A stretch of 64,000 bases of DNA from an uncultured Gemmatimonadota bacterium (GTDB lineage Bacteria; Blakebacterota; Blakebacteria; Blakebacterales; Blakebacteraceae), in assembly GCA_964637695.1 (NCBI GenBank), contig CAZWVF010000002.1:3445-67444 (forward strand). Direction: 5' to 3'. The notes beneath the pieces are model-generated. The model saw only the letters and a list, made by a program, of their open reading frames with translations, searched no databases and had not been told where the DNA came from. Both the position numbers and the translations under genes were made by a program. Positions 38,398-48,288 of this stretch are shown piece by piece (the stretch's first letter is position 1; every line of letters starts with the position of its first letter).

Positions 38398-40593
38398 TCA
38401 GCTTTGATTACCTCCCATGCCTGCCTGCCTGGCTGCTTCTTCTGTTACGATCAATTTTCTGCCCGGATAGATCGTGTTCCCTGTCAATCCGTTCCACTTT
38501 TTCAGATCGGTCACGCTGACTTTGTATCTCTGCGAGATATCCCAGAGGGTATCGTTGCGGCCGATTGTATACACACCATCGGCCGGCAGGTTTGCCGTGG
38601 CAACAGCCGGCCTTGCCGCAACGCGGTTCCGTCTCGGGTAGATGGTCAGGGTCTGGCCGATGTAGATAGTGTTGTTCCTCAGGTTGTTCCAGCCGCGTAT
38701 CTGAATCCAGGTCACTCCATATCTGGTTGCCAGGCCGCTGATGGTTTCACCTCTGCGAATCCTTACACGGATCGGTGTTCCGCTGCCCTCCACAACCCTC
38801 TGCCTGGTCAGACTGCTGATCTCCTCTTCGGTCAGGTAACGTGATTCCTCGTATTTCGGAATCCGCAACTCGGTTCCAACCTGGAGATTCCGGTCGTTCC
38901 TGATATTGTTGTGTTCGCGGATCAGGTTCCATGCCACACCCCAGTTATCGGCGATTTCGCCGCCTGTATCTCCGCTCCGGATCAGATGTGTCGCGTAACT
39001 GACTCTCGGTTCCTCCGGTATCTGCTCCAGTTGTGTTATGAAGGCATCGGTCGTACCCCTGGGCAGACGCAGCTCCCACCCGTCGCGCGGAGTGATCCTC
39101 CAGCGAAGCTGGGGATTGAGTTCGACCAGTTTGCTTTCAGGAACATCGATCCATTTCGCTGCGTCTGCGAGTTTAAGCGGCCTTGGAATATGGACCGTCT
39201 CATAACTGTCCGAGAACTTCGTCTGGTAGGCTATATCTGTGAACCCGAACCTGGCAGGGTTCTTCGAGATCGCCAGTGCCGCCAGAAAATACGGCACGTA
39301 GTTCTTGGTCTCTCCTGGTAACCTGTTATAGATAGACCAGTAATCGAGTCCTCTGCGGTTCCTTTTTGCCCACCGCTGTGCGCTGCGGACCCGGCCCTCA
39401 CCGCTGTTGTAGGCCGCCATCGCAAGCGGCCACGACTGGAATTCTTCGTAAAGAATCTTCAGATAGGCGGAGGCGGATACTGTGCTCATGGCGAAATCAC
39501 GTCTCTCATCCACAAGACCCTGAGCCGCAGATGTCTCAAGACCGAATTTCCGCGCCGTATAGCTCATGAACTGCCACGGCCCCACGGCACTGGCCCTCGA
39601 ATATGCCCGGGGGCTGAAGCCGCTTTCGATCATGCAGAGGTAGACCATATCCCTCGGCAGACCCTCCGAAACCAGAAGCTCTTCCACCATCGACTGGTAT
39701 CGCCCCGATCGCTCGAGCCAGACCTTGAAGTTGTTCTTACCACGGCCCACATAATAGGAGAGCGAGCTGTAGATCCTCCTCCACGCCGAAGCGGGATAAT
39801 CATCCAGTCCCATCTCTATGTCAATCTGACCCTCCGCCCTCATCTGAAGAAGCAGATCCCTGATCTCCTGCCAGGAACCGGGAGCGGGTTCCACCGCTTC
39901 ATCCATTGCATCGTTCATGGCTTCCAGGTCGATAATCATTCCATCCTGATCGAGACCGGATTCGAAGATCATGGTATCCAGGTAAGGCAGGAGCTGGTCG
40001 TAAAGGATGTTCGACCTGTTCCAGAGACTCTCGAACTCGTCACGCAGCCGCAACAGCGCCTCGTGCCTGATCAGTTCCTCTTCGTTCTGTGGGTATTCTG
40101 TTTCCAGAAAAGTGCGGGAAGGGATGAGCAGATCTGCATCGAAAAGCACCCTCTGCGCTTCCTTGACATCGAATTCAGCCGACTGGAAATCCCCGACGTC
40201 GAAACTCGATTCGCCTTTCTCCAGCAGGAATCCGGCCTCGTCCAGGAATACCCGTGCACCAGTAACAGGCGTCTGCTCTGTGCCTCCACTCTGCTCTGCT
40301 GAATCGATCCGTTGCCGGTCCACTGCGACAGCCTCAGGTTGAACCGATCCTCCGGAGAGGCCATCAAAAGGCTCAGTGCCGGTACCCGAAATAAAGGGAA
40401 GTGACTCAACAAAAGAACAGCCCGCCAGCAGCAGGGCCGGCATGAGAAGAGACAGTCTATTCAGGCATTTCCTGGCAGATACATACAAACTCGTGTAACT
40501 CCTTGTAGCATATGGAGTTTCTGGCAATCGAATATAACCGGGTTGGGAAGGTGGTGTCAACCGGTGTCCCGATTCAGAACACTCACCCACCAT
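38398..40593 (-). CDS. MltD-like membrane-bound lytic transglycosylase with C-terminal LysM repeats.
   Basis: SLT domain (MIESGFSPRAYSRASAVGPWQFM) followed by four LysM-like repeats (e.g. IRSGDTGGEIADNWGV, VRIRRGETISGLATRYGV, YTIGRNDTLWDISQRYKV). Confidence 0.8.
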   Translation of the reverse strand: MVGECSESGHRLTPPSQPGYIRLPETPYATRSYTSLYVSARKCLNRLSLLMPALLLAGCSFVESLPFISGTGTEPFDGLSGGSVQPEAVAVDRQRIDSAEQSGGTEQTPVTGARVFLDEAGFLLEKGESSFDVGDFQSAEFDVKEAQRVLFDADLLIPSRTFLETEYPQNEEELIRHEALLRLRDEFESLWNRSNILYDQLLPYLDTMIFESGLDQDGMIIDLEAMNDAMDEAVEPAPGSWQEIRDLLLQMRAEGQIDIEMGLDDYPASAWRRIYSSLSYYVGRGKNNFKVWLERSGRYQSMVEELLVSEGLPRDMVYLCMIESGFSPRAYSRASAVGPWQFMSYTARKFGLETSAAQGLVDERRDFAMSTVSASAYLKILYEEFQSWPLAMAAYNSGEGRVRSAQRWAKRNRRGLDYWSIYNRLPGETKNYVPYFLAALAISKNPARFGFTDIAYQTKFSDSYETVHIPRPLKLADAAKWIDVPESKLVELNPQLRWRITPRDGWELRLPRGTTDAFITQLEQIPEEPRVSYATHLIRSGDTGGEIADNWGVAWNLIREHNNIRNDRNLQVGTELRIPKYEESRYLTEEEISSLTRQRVVEGSGTPIRVRIRRGETISGLATRYGVTWIQIRGWNNLRNNTIYIGQTLTIYPRRNRVAARPAVATANLPADGVYTIGRNDTLWDISQRYKVSVTDLKKWNGLTGNTIYPGRKLIVTEEAARQAGMGGNQS

Positions 40594-41152
40594 CTGGTGT
40601 GATCGTAACGGGGATGATCATTGCACCGGTGTATCCCAGTTCATGGAGTTTATTCAGAAGCAGGTCAGCTTCCTCCTTCTTTCTCTTGTGGCCGACGCGA
40701 ATACGGTAATATGGACTGGTAAAGACGACGAAGACCTCTTCTCCCTCCAGAAGTTCACCCAGCCGATCCTTGAAATCCTCCGCCTCGTCTGCCGACGGAG
40801 TTATCGCCACCTGAACCTGATACTCCTTTCGGGGCCCTCTCAACGGCTCTACAACGACAACCTGAGAAGTATCCGGCATGGGGGGAAGAGTGTTGAGCAG
40901 TACGACCTGCGTTGATTCCGCCATACCTGCGAGCGACAGGACCGACTCGGGATTCTCCCTGATCACCTGTTCACCGCGCCGTGCGGGCGGAGTCACGAGC
41001 AGTTCGCCGGCAAGGTCCTCCTTCTGGACCAGGGGCATCTCATCCTCCTGCACCTGCTCGGGAGGATTGGTGAAACGTGGTATTCCTCCGGCACATGCCG
41101 ACACGATCAACAGGAGGATCGGCAGGGCAGCTCCTTTCCGGATTATCGACAT
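40583..41152 (-). CDS. SPOR-domain lipoprotein.
   Basis: Lipobox (LLIVSACAGG). C-terminal SPOR domain (YQVQVAITPSADEAEDFKDRLGE...YYRIRVGHKRKKEEADLLLNKLHELGY). Confidence 0.7.
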   Translation of the reverse strand: MSIIRKGAALPILLLIVSACAGGIPRFTNPPEQVQEDEMPLVQKEDLAGELLVTPPARRGEQVIRENPESVLSLAGMAESTQVVLLNTLPPMPDTSQVVVVEPLRGPRKEYQVQVAITPSADEAEDFKDRLGELLEGEEVFVVFTSPYYRIRVGHKRKKEEADLLLNKLHELGYTGAMIIPVTITPDGG

Positions 41153-41162
41153 ACAAGGCCTC

Positions 41163-42164
41163 TCAATCGTCCTCGACTGTGACCGGCGCGGGCTCGGCTA
41201 CGATCAATTCGTATAGAACCGGAAGCAGCAGTTCATGCTGCCCGATAAACACATCACCCGTTCCGCCGGAGATCGTGGGACGCGCAACAACATTTACACG
41301 CGGCCTGTAATGATCGTACATGTCAAAGTTAGCCGCATGAAAGTCCTTTGCATCATCACCGGCGTTTCTGGCCATGGCCAGTGCTTTGACAAATACTTCC
41401 GGCATGAGTACGGCTGACCCGACATTCAATACTGCGGAACCTGCATTCAGGTTCGCGACATGAGCGGTAAAAATCAGGAAATCACGGTAGGTCAGAGCAC
41501 CTACCAGCGCCCCGTCCATGGCCGGGTGCTGATGTATTATCTCCGTTCCTATCGCCGAGTGAATTGTAACAGGTACACCGGCCTTCCACGACCGCCAGAG
41601 GATGCTCGACTCCTTATGAGGCAGCCCGAGCCGGTCTATATAGCGCCCCACTCCTTCACCGTATCCGAGACTATCTTCCTGAGCCTGGCGACCGGCCTCA
41701 TGCAGGTGGGCACCGGTTTCCTCCCACATGCCGAAAACACCCTTCTGGAGATTCTCGGCCACATCTTCGCTGGTCTCGCCTATCAGTGCTATTTCAAAAT
41801 CGTGGATCATGCCCGCACCATTGGTGGCCACACAGGTGACAATGCCCCTTTCTACCAGATCGATCACAAAGGGTGAGCAACCTACCTTGATGACATGAGC
41901 CCCCATCATCCAGATGACGGTGCGACCCGATTCACCAGCCATCCGGACCCTGCGGGAGAAATTTTTCAGCGCGCGGCCGCCCAGGATATCCGGCAGACGG
42001 TTTTCGGCCACCTCCCTTGGCTGCGCCTTCGGCAGGGGGATGAAGTCATCCACCGACACCCTGTTCTGCCTCTCTGACAGGGGTCTCGTATTGAGCCTGG
42101 AGAGATCGAATATCGGAAATTCGCTCATGGAGTGGCCAGAGGAGTGGAGGTGGAGCCTTTCCAC
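41163..42164 (-). CDS. Deoxyhypusine synthase-like protein (homospermidine-synthase-like family).
   Basis: DHS-family core (MGAHVIKVGCSPFVIDLVERGIVTCVATNGAGMIHD). 333 aa. Confidence 0.65.
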   Translation of the reverse strand: MERLHLHSSGHSMSEFPIFDLSRLNTRPLSERQNRVSVDDFIPLPKAQPREVAENRLPDILGGRALKNFSRRVRMAGESGRTVIWMMGAHVIKVGCSPFVIDLVERGIVTCVATNGAGMIHDFEIALIGETSEDVAENLQKGVFGMWEETGAHLHEAGRQAQEDSLGYGEGVGRYIDRLGLPHKESSILWRSWKAGVPVTIHSAIGTEIIHQHPAMDGALVGALTYRDFLIFTAHVANLNAGSAVLNVGSAVLMPEVFVKALAMARNAGDDAKDFHAANFDMYDHYRPRVNVVARPTISGGTGDVFIGQHELLLPVLYELIVAEPAPVTVEDD

Positions 42165-43222
42165 CTGGTTCGTAAGGGAGACTGGGCGATGATACCCTCT
42201 GCAACTTCAAATACTTCCTCGGGTGAGATTCCGGCCAGGCAATTGCAGGCCGGGCAATTCTCCCACTCACACTCAAGCCTGCCGCACTCCTCTTCAGAGC
42301 AGGAGAAGACCTTGTGTCCCGGTCCGAAGGGTCCCCACCGGACGGGACTGCTGTTGCCTGCAGGAGGATAGATGCCGATCACCTTCGTCCCGACCGCCGC
42401 CGCCAGGTGCAGGGTTCCCGTACTGTTTCCCACCATCGAATCACATTCCTTGAGAACCCATGCCAGCTGGCCCAGTGTAGTGTGTCCTGTCAGATCCACG
42501 ACTCCGTCAACAGCGGCTAACGGGGAGGCCAGTTCGGCATCCTCGCTCATCCCGGTTATTATCACCTGGTAATCCTTCTGCCGGAGCAGTCGGACAAGGG
42601 AGACGAAGTTTTCCAACGGCCAGGGAAGGGTTGAATAGCGGTCCTCGGAATCCACCCTGCTGGCCGGATGTATGGCCACAAGAGGTTTATCCTCGCGGAC
42701 TCCCCGCTCTTTCAGGAGTGCAAGGGCCGGTGCCTGATCGGCGGGCGGTGGAGGCAGGTAATTCTCAGGATTGCCTGGCATTGTACCGGTCAGCAGGCTC
42801 AGCATCTCCAGGCTGTACTCGATTTCGTGTTTCTCATTCTTCCTGCGCCTGCCGTACCAGCGTACGTTGAAGAGTAATCCATATGCACGGAAAACCGGCC
42901 CCACCCTCATCGGGATGCGCGCGCGGAATGCAGCCATTGCGTTGCGCAGATTCGGTTGAAGCAGTATGAGGGCATCGTATCTGTGACTCTTCAGAAGAAG
43001 AGTGAGCTCGGCTGAAGACCCGCCGGTGTCGGCCACAACATCGTCCAGATCGGGGTGGGCTTCCAGCAGCTGTGCATACGCACTGTCGCAGATCAGGTCG
43101 ACCTGGATAGCTCTATCATACTGTTTGGCGGCAGTTGCCACGGCAAGAGTCAGCACCGTCTCCCTCAGCGTGTCGCTGCTCAGCAGACCCAGCCGCTCCA
43201 GAGGCTTTTCTCCGACCATCAC
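42125..43222 (-). CDS. GT9-family heptosyltransferase (ADP-heptose:LPS heptosyltransferase-like).
   Basis: GT9 fold with HPASRVDSEDRY...WPLENFVSL and the MVGNSTGTLHLAAAVG motifs, plus a Cys-rich C-terminus. Confidence 0.65.
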   Translation of the reverse strand: MMVGEKPLERLGLLSSDTLRETVLTLAVATAAKQYDRAIQVDLICDSAYAQLLEAHPDLDDVVADTGGSSAELTLLLKSHRYDALILLQPNLRNAMAAFRARIPMRVGPVFRAYGLLFNVRWYGRRRKNEKHEIEYSLEMLSLLTGTMPGNPENYLPPPPADQAPALALLKERGVREDKPLVAIHPASRVDSEDRYSTLPWPLENFVSLVRLLRQKDYQVIITGMSEDAELASPLAAVDGVVDLTGHTTLGQLAWVLKECDSMVGNSTGTLHLAAAVGTKVIGIYPPAGNSSPVRWGPFGPGHKVFSCSEEECGRLECEWENCPACNCLAGISPEEVFEVAEGIIAQSPLRTRWKGSTSTPLATP

Positions 43223-44448
43223 AGGCTTGCCTCGCTTCCATTCTGTATTCCGTAGCCTGCAGATGCGACATGTGTCCGTCTTTTCGCTGCAAAGGCGATC
43301 AGGGAGTCAAAGCTCCTGCTCAATTCTTTCTGCATCTCCTTGAGGACTTTCCGGTAAACTGCCTGTGAGCGCCCTATCGGATCTTCGATTTTACGATAGC
43401 CTGCTGATCCGCGTCCCGACAATTCCGCTTTGAGGCCCTTCAGAATGAAGGTGCGATCCCGGGAACCGGGATCGATAAGCCCGACCCTGTTTCGATGCTG
43501 TTCGCTCATCACAATGATGATATCCGCCTCGCGAGCCATCTGAGGGGTAAGCTGCCGCGGCTTGTGGACCGATATATCGATCCCTTCATTCCAGGCTGTC
43601 ATCTGAGCTTCTTCAGTTGACGATCCCCAGTTCACTGCAGCTACTCCAGCCGAGGCAACGTCCACCTGATCTTCGAGACCCTTCTCCCGCAGCAGAGTCC
43701 TTAAGACACCCTCCGCCATCGGGCTCCTGCATGCATTGCCTGTACAGACGAGGAGCACCAGCGGAATTGCCTTTCCCCCTTCTACCTCCACTCCTGTCAG
43801 TCTGGCAATGCTGTTCTTCGTAACTGCCCCCTCTCTCACCACCTTCAACGGCAGGGAACGCCCATCCACGATCGAGCTGGGTGAACTGAGGGGCAGAACC
43901 CCTCCATCGATTATCAGTTCCAGCCGACCTTTGAATGTCGATGCGATTCCCGCAGGATCGACCAGGGGGGGATGTCCTGCAAGATTGGCACTCGTTGAGA
44001 TTATCGGTTTTCCCAGCATGGCGGGCAGGCGCAGGGCTGCCTCGTAACTCGATACCCGGGCGGCGACCAGTCCCTCCTCCCCCACAATGGCAGATGGCAG
44101 ACCATCCCTTGCCGGTGTCATGAGAGTCACCGGCCCGGGCCAGCATGTCCGGGCCACTATCTGAGCCGGTTCAGGTATACCGTCGGAGATTGTATCCAGT
44201 GCGTCGACGCTTTCGATAAGCACCAGAAAGGATCCACCGAACCGTCTCTCCTTGATCTCATCCAGATGAGCAATAGCATCCGGGTTCAAAGCGTCGGTGC
44301 CCAGGCCGTACTGGGTCTCGGTGGGATATGCAATCACCAGTCCCGACCGAAGAGCTGCTTCGGCTTCCCTCAACCCGAGGTCATCGGGTCTTACTTTCCT
44401 AACTACGCTGCTGTTCACGGAATTTTGCCCATGATTCTGCAATCGCAT
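43219..44448 (-). CDS. Threonylcarbamoyl-AMP synthase (TsaC/YrdC domain) fused to a low-molecular-weight protein tyrosine phosphatase domain.
   Basis: N-terminal YrdC (LVIAYPTETQYGLGTDALNPDAIAHLDEIKERR). C-terminal LMW-PTP P-loop VLLVCTGNACRSPMAEG (C-x5-R). The N-terminus overlaps purE by about 50 nt, so the true start is probably later or uses a non-ATG start. Confidence 0.65.
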   Translation of the reverse strand: MRLQNHGQNSVNSSVVRKVRPDDLGLREAEAALRSGLVIAYPTETQYGLGTDALNPDAIAHLDEIKERRFGGSFLVLIESVDALDTISDGIPEPAQIVARTCWPGPVTLMTPARDGLPSAIVGEEGLVAARVSSYEAALRLPAMLGKPIISTSANLAGHPPLVDPAGIASTFKGRLELIIDGGVLPLSSPSSIVDGRSLPLKVVREGAVTKNSIARLTGVEVEGGKAIPLVLLVCTGNACRSPMAEGVLRTLLREKGLEDQVDVASAGVAAVNWGSSTEEAQMTAWNEGIDISVHKPRQLTPQMAREADIIIVMSEQHRNRVGLIDPGSRDRTFILKGLKAELSGRGSAGYRKIEDPIGRSQAVYRKVLKEMQKELSRSFDSLIAFAAKRRTHVASAGYGIQNGSEASL

Positions 44449-44845
44449 TGTCCTGAAGCGAGAGTATGCAGACCGCCAGATATGCGGCGTTGCGTGAGTT
44501 GTTCACACCGACACAGGCCACCGGTACGCCGGGGGGCATCTGTGCAATAGACAGCAGGCTGTCCAGCCCGTCGAGCGCGGCATCGAGGGGAACGCCGATT
44601 ACCGGCAGGTCTGTATGCGCCGCGACGGCACCGGGAAGAGCCGCCGAAAGTCCTGCACCACATATAAACACCTTTACGCCGCGCTCCGGCGCCCCGTTGA
44701 CGAATTCCACCATCTTCCCGGGTGTCCTGTGAGCCGATATGACCTCCAGGTCATATTCGATCCCGAACTCGTCCAGAACAGCAGCCGCCTTCTCCATGGT
44801 CGGCAGATCGGACCTGCTCCCCATCATGATCGCAACTCTGGGCAT
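44399..44845 (-). CDS. purE: N5-carboxyaminoimidazole ribonucleotide mutase.
   Basis: MPRVAIMMGSRSDLPTMEKAA...AHRTP...GAGLSAALPGAVAAHTDLPVIGVP. Start taken at the internal Met with GAAAGGAAAGGA upstream. The ORF track gives 44968. Confidence 0.85.
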   Translation of the reverse strand: MPRVAIMMGSRSDLPTMEKAAAVLDEFGIEYDLEVISAHRTPGKMVEFVNGAPERGVKVFICGAGLSAALPGAVAAHTDLPVIGVPLDAALDGLDSLLSIAQMPPGVPVACVGVNNSRNAAYLAVCILSLQDNAIAESWAKFREQQRS

Positions 44846-44855
44846 TCCTTTCCTT

Positions 44856-46142
44856 TCAGCTTTCAGACTCACGTGCCAGTGCACGCCAGCCGATGTCCCT
44901 TCTGTAGTAGACACCCTCGAAATCGATCTCGGCACAACCACTGTATGCAAGATCAACCGCAGAGGCAATAGTATCGCTCATGGCAGTGACGCCCAGAACG
45001 CGTCCGCCGGCAGTGATGACCTGTCCATCACACCCGGCGGTGCCGGCGTGGAAAACTACCAGATCCTCCCTGCCTGACAGATTCTCCAGGCCGTTTATCT
45101 GAAAGCCCTTTTTATATGAACCGGGATAACCACCTGAGGCCATCACCACGCAAACGGCAGCACCCCGGTCAACCGAGAGTGCATCGGGTGAGAGTTCACC
45201 ATTGGCTGCATCGAGCAGGGCCACGGCCAGATCGCCCTTCACGAGAGGCAATACTACCTGCGATTCCGGGTCTCCAAAGCGGCAGTTGAATTCGATCACG
45301 TATGGATCTCCCAACTCATCAATCATCAGGCCGGCATAGATCACCCCGCGATAGTCGATGCCTTCGGCGGTAAAAATATCGAGCAGAGGCTTCATGACCC
45401 GAGAGTTGGTTTTTTCCATCACTTCCGGTGTGACGACCGGTGCGGGAGCATAAGCACCCATCCCGCCCGTATTGAGTCCGGTGTCCCCTTCGCCGACCGC
45501 TTTGTGATCCTGGCTCGAGACGAGGCTTACCAGATTGATGCCATCGGTAATCGCCAGGATCGATGCCTCTTCACCCTTCAGCATCTCCTCGATTACAACC
45601 ATATCACCGGCATCTCCGAACTGTCTTTCATCCATGATCTCACGGATGCTTCTGACCGCCTCCTGCCTGTCGGCGCACACGATCGATCCTTTCCCCGCGG
45701 CCAGACCCGAGGCCTTCACGACAATTCCCCCTTCACCCTCCTCCAGCCAGGCTATCGCCCGGGCGGAATCTGTGAATGTACGGTAAGCCGATGTCGGGAT
45801 TCCTGCACGATCCATCAGATCTTTTGCCCACGCCTTCGATCCCTCCAGCCGTGCTCCTTCAGCACCGGGACCGAAGCAGGCGATCCCCGCATCACGGATA
45901 CGATCCGAGAGCCCCAGGGTCAGGGGCAGTTCGGGGCCGACTACGACGAGGTCTACCTCTTCCTCAATAGCCAGGGAGGTGATGCCGTCCAGATCATCAA
46001 CAGCAACATTTCTGAGTGCGGCATCCGGGGCCATGCCCACGTTGCCGGGAGCTGCGATTATGGAAGAGACAGAAGGACATCGAGCCAGGCTCCAGACGAG
46101 CGTATGCTCACGGCCGCCGGAGCCGACAACCAGAACTTTCAT
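44856..46142 (-). CDS. purD: Phosphoribosylamine--glycine ligase.
   Basis: MKVLVVGSGGREHTLVWSL N-terminus, ATP-grasp domain. 428 aa. Confidence 0.9.
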   Translation of the reverse strand: MKVLVVGSGGREHTLVWSLARCPSVSSIIAAPGNVGMAPDAALRNVAVDDLDGITSLAIEEEVDLVVVGPELPLTLGLSDRIRDAGIACFGPGAEGARLEGSKAWAKDLMDRAGIPTSAYRTFTDSARAIAWLEEGEGGIVVKASGLAAGKGSIVCADRQEAVRSIREIMDERQFGDAGDMVVIEEMLKGEEASILAITDGINLVSLVSSQDHKAVGEGDTGLNTGGMGAYAPAPVVTPEVMEKTNSRVMKPLLDIFTAEGIDYRGVIYAGLMIDELGDPYVIEFNCRFGDPESQVVLPLVKGDLAVALLDAANGELSPDALSVDRGAAVCVVMASGGYPGSYKKGFQINGLENLSGREDLVVFHAGTAGCDGQVITAGGRVLGVTAMSDTIASAVDLAYSGCAEIDFEGVYYRRDIGWRALARESES

Positions 46143-46186
46143 GCAGGCACCATCTTGTTGAGAGGGATCGTTAAGGTCACCCTGTT

Positions 46187-46813
46187 CTACTTGCCAAAGC
46201 CTATCCCCAAACGAACGATCGGTCCAGTACTCGATACCTGGTTGAATGCAGGAGGCACGCCAGACACTGACAATGCATTGCCGTTATACTGAGCATATCC
46301 GGCTTCGAGCATGAGACTGAGCGGCAGTGCATCGAGGCTGATAATGAATCCGAGGTAGGCCTGGAATCCGATATCACCATTGGCCTCCAGGGTGTAACCG
46401 GCCGACACAGATTGAGGCAGGACATCCCAGAACGTAAAGTTCAGTCCGCCTGCGAAATACAGACCGAACCTCTCTCTTGCCCCCAGATTGATATATACAG
46501 AAGTGTATTGCAGATCGAAGGTTTCATTCCCGTCAGGACTCTCCCACTGAACCTTATCCATTGCCATGAAGCCGGGGCTGATAGTTAGCCCGAATATGTC
46601 GAATCCCACTTCGACTGACTTTATTCTTCGCCAGTCGAGTGATTGCGAATCGAAACCTCGGGACCAATTCCCCTGAGACTGACCGGCGAACACAGCGATA
46701 TAAGGATTGAAGATCTGAGCTTTCGCCGGCGCAGGAATCGATAAGGCAATGAAAAGAAGTGCGGCAGCGAGCGATGCTTTCACTTTATAACTGTTAAAAT
46801 GACCTCTGAGTAT
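46187..46813 (-). CDS. Outer-membrane beta-barrel (OmpA-like N-terminal/porin family) protein.
   Basis: Signal peptide (ASLAAALLFIALSIPAPAKAQ). Alternating amphipathic beta-strands with a C-terminal aromatic residue pattern (GIGFGK). Start set at the internal Met. Confidence 0.5.
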   Translation of the reverse strand: MLRGHFNSYKVKASLAAALLFIALSIPAPAKAQIFNPYIAVFAGQSQGNWSRGFDSQSLDWRRIKSVEVGFDIFGLTISPGFMAMDKVQWESPDGNETFDLQYTSVYINLGARERFGLYFAGGLNFTFWDVLPQSVSAGYTLEANGDIGFQAYLGFIISLDALPLSLMLEAGYAQYNGNALSVSGVPPAFNQVSSTGPIVRLGIGFGK

Positions 46814-46999
46814 CATGCATTCCTCGATGATTGTCGGGCCCTGTCGGGTGGCCCTTTTGGAAATAACGGATAACAATCGAGTTATTCCATTTCTTTAAAG
46901 CTATCCCATTGTCACATCGACCGCAACGAACCCTTCAAAACGGCTGCGATCATAAGGTAAACGGTTGAAACGGAGTAGTTGTGCACACTTGAAGAAGAA

Positions 47000-47076
47000 T
47001 GGCGGCCCTAGGAGGACTCGAACCCCCGACTCGCGGTTTAGGAAACCGCTGCTCTATCCACCTGAGCTATAGGGCC
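47000..47076 (-). tRNA. tRNA-Arg (anticodon CCU).
   Basis: Minus-strand GGCCCTATAGCTCAGGTGGATAGAGCAGCGGTTTCCTAAACCGCGAGTCGGGGGTTCGAGTCCTCCTAGGGCCGCCA. A perfect 7-bp acceptor stem, anticodon loop UUCCUAA and an encoded CCA. Confidence 0.9.
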
Positions 47077-47620
47077 ACGTAGGTTTTATGCGGGTTTGCG
47101 AGGCACTGTGGTCCTCGCGATTTCCCATTACACGTCTATTACACATTCGAATCCAGCCCCAGAGCAGCGGTCTCCGTTACACGTTGAGATCCCGTGCCGA
47201 ACTGAATCCGGTCCATAGCATCCACTAAGGACTCATCAGTAAGATGTGCATAACGTTAGGTAGTGGTCAACTCCTTGTGTCCAAGAATCTTGGCCATCTT
47301 GGTCAGTGGCACTTTTGCCTGACCAAACAGGAAGCACATGTGTGCCTCTTATGCCGATATCAGCATAATGCCTCAGGTCATGAAAGCTCCAATCTGCTAA
47401 AATTGAATGAGCAGATGGGCTCGTGCAAACGGCAGCAGCGTGGACATACAAGTTCATAGTCATTGTATTGACCAAGCACATTCTTTCCAGTAGGCTCTCC
47501 AGGTTCAACAGGTGCGGGCACACTATCAAGGATTCTCTTATTGCTGATATGAATCATTGTGTCCTGCCGCTTTCCCTGTAAAACACCTCTGAAACCATAA
47601 CATAGCATGGAGTAAATCCC

Positions 47621-48223
47621 ATGGAAAATATCGCAAGTATAGTTGCTGTTCTGGGAGTGTGGTTTGCCCTCATGGCCGTCCTGGCTCTTTGTGTTGAGGC
47701 TGTGATTGCAGGATTGAAACTTCCATTAACTGGTCTACGGGGAACAGCTTCCCCGGATGATGTACTTAATGAGGTCAGTGTTTGGCTTCCAAAGGATGAA
47801 ACAGATGCACATCAAGCCAGGATTAAAGCACTCAATAGTGCCCTCGAGGCTATTAAGGCAACGGTATTACCTGCCACTACATCACAAGAAGATTTTCCAT
47901 CTGAGGTTAATAAAGCCGTAGGTAAATATGTCAAAAGTGAAGCAAATAGAAGAGCCTACATTCGACTATTAGCTGTTGTATTTGGAATTGGATTCGCCTT
48001 CCTGTTCCGAATTGACACTGTTCAAATTTTATCTCCCCTAATTGATTTCAAATCAACATTCAGCATCTGGAAAGAAGCATTAACATCAGAATCAACCTTT
48101 GTAGTGGGTGTGATTCTGAGTGGAGTTGCTGCCAGTGCTGGGTCGAGTTTCTGGCACGATAAATCCGCCCAGTTGCGGCTGTTGAAAACTGCCAGTGAGG
48201 AGATAAAAAAAGTAACTAAGTAG
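47621..48223 (+). CDS. Hypothetical membrane protein in a low-GC region.
   Basis: 200 aa with three predicted TM segments and no recognisable family. Local GC is lower than the flanks. Confidence 0.4.
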   Translation: MENIASIVAVLGVWFALMAVLALCVEAVIAGLKLPLTGLRGTASPDDVLNEVSVWLPKDETDAHQARIKALNSALEAIKATVLPATTSQEDFPSEVNKAVGKYVKSEANRRAYIRLLAVVFGIGFAFLFRIDTVQILSPLIDFKSTFSIWKEALTSESTFVVGVILSGVAASAGSSFWHDKSAQLRLLKTASEEIKKVTK

Positions 48224-48288
48224 CTTTAGCCTATGGACCGTGAGTCAAACAAACTCGGTATACTTACAGGAATAATGGACTCGGTTTA

